From assembly GCA_015492295.1 (NCBI GenBank), contig WGFI01000121.1, positions 2,787 to 66,786 of the forward strand: a DNA stretch of 64,000 nucleotides, given 5' to 3'. The notes below the pieces were generated by a model. That model ran no database searches and was not told the DNA's origin. It saw nothing but the letters and a program-made list of their open reading frames with translations. Below, piece by piece: positions 47,093 through 54,952 of the stretch. The position numbers were made by a program, and so were the translations under genes. This stretch comes from a candidate division WOR-3 bacterium (GTDB lineage: Bacteria; Hydrothermota; Hydrothermia; LBFQ01). Positions within the stretch are counted from its first letter, which is position 1. Each line of letters begins with the position of its first letter.

Positions 47093-48472
47093 TCACCTAC
47101 GAATCCCTTTTATCACCTTTCCATCACCAATTTTGAGATATATACCTCTCAAAGATTCTTTCCTCCTTCTTCCTGAAATATCATATATACCTTTACCATT
47201 TGGAGTGGAGGTGTAAAGTGTTTCTGAAAAAGAAAGGGCATGGATGGGTATGATGGAGAGATATATGTCAAGATGGGAGGTTGTATCACGCAGATCACCC
47301 CAAACGACATATATAGAAGTGTCTCCTATGGCGCAGGAAAGGAAATCGTTTCCGGATAGTGTCAAGAGGGTGTCGTACTCGGATGGAGAACCGGAAACGA
47401 GAAAATTTTCACTGAAAGTGTATCCACCATCATAAGATATACTTCCATATATCTCAAAAGGCACCTCTCCACCCATCCCTCCATTTCTCCTATCCCTCCA
47501 AAAAAATGCGACTATGGAATCCTTGGAGCAACCCCACAGCATATCCTGATAAACCCCATTTCCCACAGGATCATCGTTAAGTCTAAACGGAAGACTCCAT
47601 GTCGTTCCCCCATCCGTACTCCTTTGAGCTACGGCATCCGGATCCCCAAAACTGGCATCTATACGCGTGATAAGTAGAATACCCGAGTTTGGTACATACA
47701 CAAGGGGACTTCCCTTTTTTAGGTTAGAATCCGATACGCTTGCCGAGCTTAAATCTATAACCGTACGATAGGAAAAAGTGGCTCCCCCATCATTACTGAC
47801 GGCCAGCATGTGCCTTGGCAGTGGATAAAAGGAAGGATTATAAGAGAAATACCCTACGAAGACGGTGGAATCTCCGGATAATGCTATCTGTCCCATAGAA
47901 CGCACATAAGCGGGGTAATTGGTTGTATCTCCGATTTCCTGTAAAGGGCTCCACGACGATCCCCCATCATGGGAGTACTTGATATAGAGATGATAAGGGG
48001 GTGTCGCTCCCATAACTTTGGTTTCTAAGGTGGTGATGTATATGCTTGATCCTGATACTACTATCCACGGGCGATCTATCGGGTAATCCGGTGCTTCATC
48101 GTATCTGATTATGATTCGGGGTGAAGACCAAGTCATTCCACCGTCATTTGATACCGATAGAACGACAAAGCCAGAATCATTAGAAAAATCAATATAAACA
48201 AGGTAAAGCGTGCCATCCTCGGAAAACGCCAAAGCTGGATCGGCGGATTTAAATCCGCTAACTATATGGGGCATGGGATATATGGGGGACCATGTTCTAC
48301 CTCCATCTAAGGAGTACCTCACAGCTATGACCGATGTACCGAAGGCTGCCCGTATCCACGCCACAACTACATTGTTTGGATTCGTAGGATTCACTGCCAC
48401 CACCGGCTCACCATCAAAAGCCGGCGAATTGGATAGGTTGATCTCATAAAAAGAAAAAAGTATTCCGATCAT
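47093..48472 (-). CDS. BNR/Asp-box repeat (sialidase-like) protein with T9SS C-terminal sorting domain
   Basis: Asp-boxes SLDGGRTW, SNDGGMTW, SHDGGSSW, SNDGGATF, STDGGTTW. C-terminus GIYLKIGDGKVIKGIRR. Paralog of 19034..20407. Confidence 0.65.
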   Translation of the reverse strand: MIGILFSFYEINLSNSPAFDGEPVVAVNPTNPNNVVVAWIRAAFGTSVIAVRYSLDGGRTWSPIYPMPHIVSGFKSADPALAFSEDGTLYLVYIDFSNDSGFVVLSVSNDGGMTWSSPRIIIRYDEAPDYPIDRPWIVVSGSSIYITTLETKVMGATPPYHLYIKYSHDGGSSWSPLQEIGDTTNYPAYVRSMGQIALSGDSTVFVGYFSYNPSFYPLPRHMLAVSNDGGATFSYRTVIDLSSASVSDSNLKKGSPLVYVPNSGILLITRIDASFGDPDAVAQRSTDGGTTWSLPFRLNDDPVGNGVYQDMLWGCSKDSIVAFFWRDRRNGGMGGEVPFEIYGSISYDGGYTFSENFLVSGSPSEYDTLLTLSGNDFLSCAIGDTSIYVVWGDLRDTTSHLDIYLSIIPIHALSFSETLYTSTPNGKGIYDISGRRRKESLRGIYLKIGDGKVIKGIRR

Positions 48473-48538
48473 ATACTATTAGATTTGGAAAGGTTCCCCC
48501 TTGCTTCACATCCTTTTCCGCTTTAAAATATTCATATC

Positions 48539-48991
48539 ATGTTGATTCTACTTTTAACTCAGGTAAAAGTTGATATTGTGGATGTTATCGGAAATTTTCT
48601 CATACTCGGTAAGAAGGAAACTTCCTCCTATGTCATTATGAGCATAGGTGAGAGTGAGGCATTCTCAATAAGGATAGCCTTGGACAATGTAAAGTTTGAG
48701 AGGCCATTGTCCCATGATCTTATGAAAAACATCCTGGATATATCGGGTTTCAGACCTATAAAGGTGGTAATATACGATGTAAAAAACGGTGCATATTTGG
48801 CGAAGATACATCTTGAAAAGGGTTTTTGGATATTCAAGCAGAAGGTTGTACTTGATAGCAGGCCATCGGATGCGGTTGCGATAGCCCTGAGATACAATAT
48901 ACCGATATATGTTATGCCCCACCTGTTTATAAATCCCCTTGAAATACAACCCGATACCATAAAAATACCGAAAGGAGGGATAGAAGGTTGA
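48539..48991 (+). CDS. bifunctional nuclease family protein (DUF151)
   Basis: PLSHDLMKNIL and DSRPSDAVAIALRYNIPIYV match DUF151 conserved blocks. Confidence 0.6.
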   Translation: MLILLLTQVKVDIVDVIGNFLILGKKETSSYVIMSIGESEAFSIRIALDNVKFERPLSHDLMKNILDISGFRPIKVVIYDVKNGAYLAKIHLEKGFWIFKQKVVLDSRPSDAVAIALRYNIPIYVMPHLFINPLEIQPDTIKIPKGGIEG

Positions 48992-49821
48992 TGAATTTTG
49001 AAAGGGAATTCATAAATCATCTCGTATCTTCGGGAAAAAGTGATAACACGGTAAAATCTTATATGTACGATTTGGATTATCTTAAAAGATTCGCCGAGTA
49101 TATGGGCAAATCTCCATTGAGTCTCTCAAAGGAAGATATGAGATATTTTATACCTTTCTTGCAGAACAATTCCCTAAGTCCAAAAAGCATTGAAAGGATA
49201 ACCTCCGCTATTAGGAAGTATTACGGTTTTCTTGTAAAGAGGGGTTATGTACATTCCGACCCAACCAAAGGGATTCAGAGGATCAAAAAACCCAAAAGGG
49301 TTCCGAGAGTGGTTGAGAAGGAAAAGATATTTAAGATCCTTAAAGAATGGAAACCCAACAACGATGAGGAAACTCTGGCAAAAGATTTGATATTGGTTAT
49401 TTATTCTACGGGTATGAGGATAAGCGAGATTCTGAATTTAAAGGGTGAGGATATAAACTTTGAGGAAAGGAGTATATATATAAAGGGCAAAGGTGGTAAG
49501 CACAGGAAAGTACCTTTCAACGATATAACCTATACTATACTGAAAAGGAGATTTAAGGATGAGAGAACCAGAATATTTAACATCAGCAGATTTAAAGCTT
49601 ACAGGCTGATAAAAGAGGCATTTGAAAAATATGCGGGTTTAAGCGGCGTCCATCCGCATATACTCAGACATTCGTTTGCCACACATTTACTTGAAAACGG
49701 TGCCGATATAAAAACCGTTCAGCAGCTTTTAGGGCATTCCTCCCTATCATCAACGGAGATTTATACGCGGGTATCTTTGAGGCATATAAGGAAGATATAC
49801 GATGAGGTATGGGAAGGATAA
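48988..49821 (+). CDS. xerD: tyrosine site-specific recombinase, XerC/XerD family
   Basis: C-terminal HPHILRHSFATHLLENGADIKTVQQLLGHSSLSSTEIYTRV (R..H..R..Y catalytic box II). SAM-like N-terminal domain. Confidence 0.8.
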   Translation: MMNFEREFINHLVSSGKSDNTVKSYMYDLDYLKRFAEYMGKSPLSLSKEDMRYFIPFLQNNSLSPKSIERITSAIRKYYGFLVKRGYVHSDPTKGIQRIKKPKRVPRVVEKEKIFKILKEWKPNNDEETLAKDLILVIYSTGMRISEILNLKGEDINFEERSIYIKGKGGKHRKVPFNDITYTILKRRFKDERTRIFNISRFKAYRLIKEAFEKYAGLSGVHPHILRHSFATHLLENGADIKTVQQLLGHSSLSSTEIYTRVSLRHIRKIYDEVWEG

Positions 49822-49862
49822 AATCAACAGACAAAAATTTTCACCCTTATAATATCCGCACG

Positions 49863-50462
49863 ATGGCAAAGGCTAAGAGAAAGATGTCGGCATCCACCAT
49901 AAGATTGCAAGAGTTTAGTGTGGTAGGTGGCCTTGGAAAGAAAGGCTACGATATAGATGAAGTCAGGGATTTCTTAAATCAAGTGGCGAGATATGTGGAT
50001 GAACTTGAAAAGAAGTTAGAATCCTCCGCTGGACAGACCTCTCAGGATACGACATTACTTGAAGCCCAGATAGAGCAGCTTACCGAGGAGAATGAGAATT
50101 TGAAGAAGGAGATTGAAAGGTTGAAGAAGGAAAACGCCGAACTTAAAAGTAAGGGAGGGAGTGGTCCCAAGTGGGAGGATATTCCTAAGGAGCTTCTGGC
50201 AAATGAGGTTATAATGGCAGCCAAGAGAGCGGGAGATAGTTTAATAGAGGAAAAGAAACGGGAAGCGGAAAAGATTCTTGAAAATGCTAAGAAAGAGCTT
50301 CAGGAGATAAATTTCCAGTTGGCAAAGGCTAAGGAGGAGCTGAAAAGCGTTGAGAATCAGAAGAGTCAGATACTTTCAAAACTCGATGAGGTGAAGAGAC
50401 AGGTTAAAAATGAAATCCTTACGCTTGCTAAAAAGGTGGAGGATTTCGCCAATAAGTTATAA
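49863..50462 (+). CDS. DivIVA domain protein
   Basis: GYDIDEVRDFLNQVARYVDELE matches the DivIVA N-terminal domain. Long coiled coil. The start is uncertain (ORF track 49809; Met codons at 49863 and 49884). Confidence 0.6.
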   Translation: MAKAKRKMSASTIRLQEFSVVGGLGKKGYDIDEVRDFLNQVARYVDELEKKLESSAGQTSQDTTLLEAQIEQLTEENENLKKEIERLKKENAELKSKGGSGPKWEDIPKELLANEVIMAAKRAGDSLIEEKKREAEKILENAKKELQEINFQLAKAKEELKSVENQKSQILSKLDEVKRQVKNEILTLAKKVEDFANKL

Positions 50463-50464
50463 GA

Positions 50465-52195
50465 ATGCTAAGAATAAAGGTTTTTATAGGTGAGAGGGAG
50501 AAGATTATAACGATAAACAAGTTTCCTTTCGTAATAGGGGGTTCCGTAAAGAGCGATTTATTCGTTATAGGCCTTCCTCCTGAATATGCCGTCATAGATA
50601 AGAAAGGGGATGCTTTCGTATTAAAGGCATCGGGTCATGGTATTTCCACCCAAAATTACAAGGATATAAAGGAGATAGAACTCGCTCCTGGGATGGAATT
50701 GAATATCGCGGGAAAAATGAGAATAGAGATCTTAGAGGCTCCTCAACCCACGACCACAAGCCAACCTACCCAATTTCTTGAAGCGGAGGAACCACCATAC
50801 TTCAAAATCATAAGCGGACCGGGTGCGGGAGGAGTTATAGAGATATTCTCCTCGGGGATTCTTGGACGAGAGGAAGGTGTAGAATACAAGGTTGAGGATC
50901 CCCACACTTCCAGGAAACATCTCGTGATACATTTCTTGGGGGACATAGTAGAGGTTGAAAATCTGAGTCAAACCAATCCCACATTGTTGAATGGAAAGGT
51001 TATAAAGGAGCGCGTTAGACTGAAATCGGGGGATATACTCAAAGTCGGTAGGATGACTTTACTCTTCGTGAATCCTGCCGAGAAACCGGAAACCGAACTT
51101 ATGGCTAAGCAGGCGCCCACAAAGTGGATATTCGCAGCCGTCGGTATTATATTCCTCGTTATATTAGGAACATCCGCATTTTTATACATAAATCAACGCA
51201 AGGGGGAGGCCAGGAGTTCGTTGAGTTTGGCAATATCAACCTTTACAGCTGCCGAAAACGAATCCGATCCGACGAAGGTTTATAAAAATTATATGTTAGC
51301 CGTGCAGTACGCGCAAAAGGCTTTGAGTCTTGACGGATCATTAACCCAAGCGAAGGATTATATTAGAAAGGCTGACAGCTTATCAAAGGCTTGGAAGGAG
51401 GTATCTGAGGCCCAGAATCTCGCCAAAGAAGGAAAGATTGAAGAGGCTATGGAAAAACTTGATAAAGTAAGACCGATACTCGGGGATAGATTGCTCTTCA
51501 ACGAGATATACGCACCTTTGGCGAACAGATTGTCCGCTATTCAAAATGTTGAAATGGCCAAGGCGCTCATTCAGAAAGGGGATTATAAACGGGCTCTGGT
51601 ATTCATAGAGTCCGCCCTTGAAAGTGATCCCGAGAACGAAGAATTATTGGCCTTAAAGGCCACCGTGGAGAAGTTTTCAAAGTTAAAAAGACCCGTAAAG
51701 GTTGAGGTTATAAAGAAGGCTTTTGCCAAGAGCGTTAAACAAATAAAGGAAAGCAAACCTAAGAAAACTAAGAAAACCGCACAAAAAACCAAAGGGGGCG
51801 GTATGCCTAAAACCACATCAATAAAGCTCTCGAAGGGACCCTCACTCTCAACGGAAACCAATATAAAACTTCCCAAGATAGACATCTCACTTGATCAACC
51901 CAAGGCGACCATAAGCTTGAATACGGGAACCATAGATAAGAGAACGCGTATGATACAGGCGTATAAGAATGGTGATCTGACAACAACATTGAGACTTGCG
52001 ACCGAAATATTGTCCGAGAATCCAAAGGATTACACCGCCAAGAGGTACCAACAGCTCGCCCAACTTGAAAGGAAAGCTAAGGCTTATGAAAGGGCGGGAG
52101 ATAAGCAGAGCGCCTTAAAGGTTTGGCAAATGGTTTTAAGATACGATAAGAATAATCCGAGGGCTTTGAAGGCCATATCAAGGTTAAAAATGTAA
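50465..52195 (+). CDS. FHA domain membrane protein with C-terminal TPR-like repeats
   Basis: FHA core GREEGVEYKVEDPHTSRKHLVI...NLSQTNPTLLNGKVI. Single TM WIFAAVGIIFLVILGTSAFLYI. TPR-like helical repeats. Lys-rich linker. Confidence 0.6.
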   Translation: MLRIKVFIGEREKIITINKFPFVIGGSVKSDLFVIGLPPEYAVIDKKGDAFVLKASGHGISTQNYKDIKEIELAPGMELNIAGKMRIEILEAPQPTTTSQPTQFLEAEEPPYFKIISGPGAGGVIEIFSSGILGREEGVEYKVEDPHTSRKHLVIHFLGDIVEVENLSQTNPTLLNGKVIKERVRLKSGDILKVGRMTLLFVNPAEKPETELMAKQAPTKWIFAAVGIIFLVILGTSAFLYINQRKGEARSSLSLAISTFTAAENESDPTKVYKNYMLAVQYAQKALSLDGSLTQAKDYIRKADSLSKAWKEVSEAQNLAKEGKIEEAMEKLDKVRPILGDRLLFNEIYAPLANRLSAIQNVEMAKALIQKGDYKRALVFIESALESDPENEELLALKATVEKFSKLKRPVKVEVIKKAFAKSVKQIKESKPKKTKKTAQKTKGGGMPKTTSIKLSKGPSLSTETNIKLPKIDISLDQPKATISLNTGTIDKRTRMIQAYKNGDLTTTLRLATEILSENPKDYTAKRYQQLAQLERKAKAYERAGDKQSALKVWQMVLRYDKNNPRALKAISRLKM

Positions 52196-52209
52196 AAAGG
52201 AGGTTAGGT

Positions 52210-52497
52210 ATGGATGCAGTGATCAAGATCAAGGGTTTTCAAATACCTGTAAAGAAGGGTCAAAAAGTCGTTATACCTTATACGAGTATGAAGGAAGGGG
52301 AATACATTGAAGCCGATGTTATAATGTCGGTGAAGGAAGGAAAGGTTTCGTTTGAGGGAGGAAAGGCCAAGTTAAAGGTTGTAGGGGAAAAGGAGGAAAA
52401 GGTCCTCGTCTTCAAGATGAAAAGGAAAAAGAATTACAGGCGTTTGTATAACCATATACAAAAATATACGGTGGCATTGGTAGAGGAAATTGGTTGA
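52210..52497 (+). CDS. rplU: 50S ribosomal protein L21
   Basis: MDAVIKIKGFQIPVKKGQ...VLVFKMKRKKNYRRLYNHIQKYTVALVEEI parallels bL21 (MYAVIKTGGKQ...FKYKRRKHYRRKQGHRQ.YT.L.I..I). No L27 gene follows. Confidence 0.7.
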   Translation: MDAVIKIKGFQIPVKKGQKVVIPYTSMKEGEYIEADVIMSVKEGKVSFEGGKAKLKVVGEKEEKVLVFKMKRKKNYRRLYNHIQKYTVALVEEIG

Positions 52498-53032
52498 GCA
52501 CTTAAAGGGCCTGCCACCTGAAATAGCCGTATTCATTATATCCGCTTTGCCAGTATTTGAGCTTAGGGGCGCAATACCCATAGGAGTTATATACTACAAT
52601 CTACCTTTGTGGAAAGTTTTCCTCATATCCTTGACAGGCAATCTTCTACCCGTACCTTTTCTTTTGTTGCTTCTCAGGCCCATATCAACCTTAACATCCC
52701 GCTGGTGGCTAACCAAAAAATTCTTTGATTTTCTGTATAATAGGGCTCGTAGGAAGGGGGTTTCTATAAAGAGATTGAAGATCCTGGGTCTGTACCTTTT
52801 CGTTGCGATACCGATACCTGGTACGGGAGCTTGGATGGGTTCGGTTATAGCGGAGGTTTTAAATATGGATTTCAAAAGCTCCTTTCTCGCCATATCCCTT
52901 GGGGTTATAACGGCGGGTATAGTCCTAACTTTCGTTTCATCCTTCGGAATAATGGCAGTTATCGTATTTTTCGGCATAATTTTATTCTTCTCTTATATAA
53001 TATCCAGAAATGAGGGAACTTCTAACCAATAA
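52490..53032 (+). CDS. small membrane protein, putative small multidrug export family (PF06695-like)
   Basis: ELRGAIPIG motif and 4 TM helices. Confidence 0.4.
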   Translation: MVEHLKGLPPEIAVFIISALPVFELRGAIPIGVIYYNLPLWKVFLISLTGNLLPVPFLLLLLRPISTLTSRWWLTKKFFDFLYNRARRKGVSIKRLKILGLYLFVAIPIPGTGAWMGSVIAEVLNMDFKSSFLAISLGVITAGIVLTFVSSFGIMAVIVFFGIILFFSYIISRNEGTSNQ

Positions 53033-53450
53033 ATACCTTTGGGGTCCCCTGCTTATCGCGGTTCTAACGCAATTTATAAAATTCTTGGTTTTCCTTATCA
53101 AAAACAGGGAGATAAATGTTAAAAAGTTGATAGATATGGGGGGATTTCCCTCCTCTCATTCCGCATCCGTTTCCGCTTTGAGTATAATGGTGGGACTTTC
53201 GGAAGGTTTCAACAGCGTTCTGTTTGGCGTCGTTGCCTTTTTCAGCTTGATAGTCATGTACGATGCGGCGGGAGTTAGAAAGGCGGCGGGCGAACAAGCG
53301 AAAATCCTCAATATAATACTTGATGAGATGTTTCATGGACATCCCATATCGGAGGTCAGATTGAAGGAGCTTCTCGGTCATACACCGTTGGAAGTTCTGA
53401 GCGGAGCGATCTTAGGTGGTCTTTTAGGTTGGCTTCTTTGGAAAATATGA
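53010..53450 (+). CDS. divergent PAP2 family membrane protein (DUF212)
   Basis: GGFPSSHSA ... YDAAGVRKAAGEQAKILN matches the PF02681 signature. Confidence 0.65.
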   Translation: MRELLTNKYLWGPLLIAVLTQFIKFLVFLIKNREINVKKLIDMGGFPSSHSASVSALSIMVGLSEGFNSVLFGVVAFFSLIVMYDAAGVRKAAGEQAKILNIILDEMFHGHPISEVRLKELLGHTPLEVLSGAILGGLLGWLLWKI

Positions 53451-54748
53451 TAAGAAGAGCTTTGTTCTTCCTAGGGCCCATTGCATTCACTTTATCCTTA
53501 TTTTTGCCTATGGATAAAGGGGCATCGGTTGTGGTAGGGACGATATTATGGATGGGTATATGGTGGATAGGTGAGGTGGTTCCCTTGGCAATAACCGCCC
53601 TTTTACCCCTAGTAATAGCGCCTGTGTTCGGCATATCACCGGCAAAGGAAATTTCATTGAATTATGCTAAATCTCCCGTATTTCTATTTCTCGGTGGATT
53701 TATTCTGGCCAAATCATTGGAAAAGTATAACATTCATAAGTTCTTAGCGTATCACATAATAAAGGTCTTCGGAAAATCAAGCTTAGGGGTTTTTCTGGGA
53801 ATATCTTTGGCATCCTATCTCTTATCAATGTGGATAAGCAACACATCAACTACGCTAATTATGATTCCTTTGATATTGTCCCTTCAAGCGGGAGGACTTT
53901 TAAAAGCCTTGGCATTCGCTTCGGCATATTCGGCGAGCATAGGTGGCATGGCGACGCTCGTTGGAACACCACCCAACATAATATATGCCGGTATAACCAA
54001 TGTAAATTTTACACAGTGGATAAAATTCGGACTACCTTACTCCTTAACCCTTGAAATTTTGTTCGTAATTCTTTCTATTATGTTCTTTAAACTCGGATTC
54101 TCAAAGGTTGATATAAAGGTGGAAGAGGTGAAAATGAGTTCGGACGGTATCAAGGTTTTGGTCATCTTCCTTTTAACCGCATTAGCTTGGATAACCCTTC
54201 CATTTATACTGAAATCTTTTGGCATAAAAGGTATAAACGATTCAACGGTGGCCATAATCTCAGCCATTACCCTTTTCGTATTCGGTTTGATCAACTGGAA
54301 CGACATAGCCAACATTCCTTGGGATGCTTTACTTCTCTTCGGAGGAGGATTTGCCCTTAGCGATATGATAGTCAAAGGTAATCTCTCAGAAATTTTGATG
54401 AGTCACCTAAAAGTCTTCTCGGGTTATCCGGTGATATTTTTCGTCGCAATGTGGAGTTTGTTCGTATTGATATTAACGGAGTTCGCATCCAACACCTCCA
54501 TATCCGCGATGACATTACCTCTCGCTTACAGTTTCGCCCAAGGAATAGGAATGGATGCATTGGCATTAGCAGCAGTCGTTGCAATATCCGCATCCGGAGC
54601 CTTTATGCTTCCAGTGGCAACACCGCCTAACATGCTGGTTTATTCTTTCAAACTCATAACTTTAAAGGATATGCTTAAAATCGGTGTAATTATGAACATA
54701 ATAGCCTTAATCCTTAATATCCTGATAACCTATAACTTCGCACCTTAG
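53429..54748 (+). CDS. DASS/SLC13 family anion (di/tricarboxylate or sulfate) transporter
   Basis: ~12 TM. SNTSTTLIMIPL and ASNTSISAM hairpin motifs typical of DASS permeases. Confidence 0.6.
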   Translation: MASLENMIRRALFFLGPIAFTLSLFLPMDKGASVVVGTILWMGIWWIGEVVPLAITALLPLVIAPVFGISPAKEISLNYAKSPVFLFLGGFILAKSLEKYNIHKFLAYHIIKVFGKSSLGVFLGISLASYLLSMWISNTSTTLIMIPLILSLQAGGLLKALAFASAYSASIGGMATLVGTPPNIIYAGITNVNFTQWIKFGLPYSLTLEILFVILSIMFFKLGFSKVDIKVEEVKMSSDGIKVLVIFLLTALAWITLPFILKSFGIKGINDSTVAIISAITLFVFGLINWNDIANIPWDALLLFGGGFALSDMIVKGNLSEILMSHLKVFSGYPVIFFVAMWSLFVLILTEFASNTSISAMTLPLAYSFAQGIGMDALALAAVVAISASGAFMLPVATPPNMLVYSFKLITLKDMLKIGVIMNIIALILNILITYNFAP

Positions 54749-54878
54749 TTGTAAAAGCAACAAAAAGATAATAGTTTGTAGGTGGAGGCAAACCTAAGCA
54801 AAGGAGGTATCATATCACTCTATCAGCATAATACCGATTTTGCCCATCTTACATTGAGAATATGAAGTCTTTAAGAAA

Positions 54879-54895
54879 TTGCAAATCATTTGCAA
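54879..54895. promoter_or_regulatory. perfect 8-1-8 AT-rich palindrome TTGCAAAT-C-ATTTGCAA; candidate Fur-family metalloregulator operator upstream of the iron permease
   Basis: Read directly from the sequence. The architecture resembles 7-1-7 Fur/Zur/PerR boxes. 58 bp upstream of ATG 54953. Confidence 0.35.
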
Positions 54896-54952
54896 AAACA
54901 TCTTTTCATTGGAAATTTTGCATCTAAAAAATTGACTGAACAGGTCAGGATT

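Noticed and set aside
48988-49821. XerD-like gene as the integrase of a tRNA-Ala-associated genomic island
   Set aside because: The protein is short, has XerD-type box II, and lacks a phage-integrase N-terminal arm-binding domain. No duplicated tRNA 3' end was found. Kept as a low-interest possibility in the findings.
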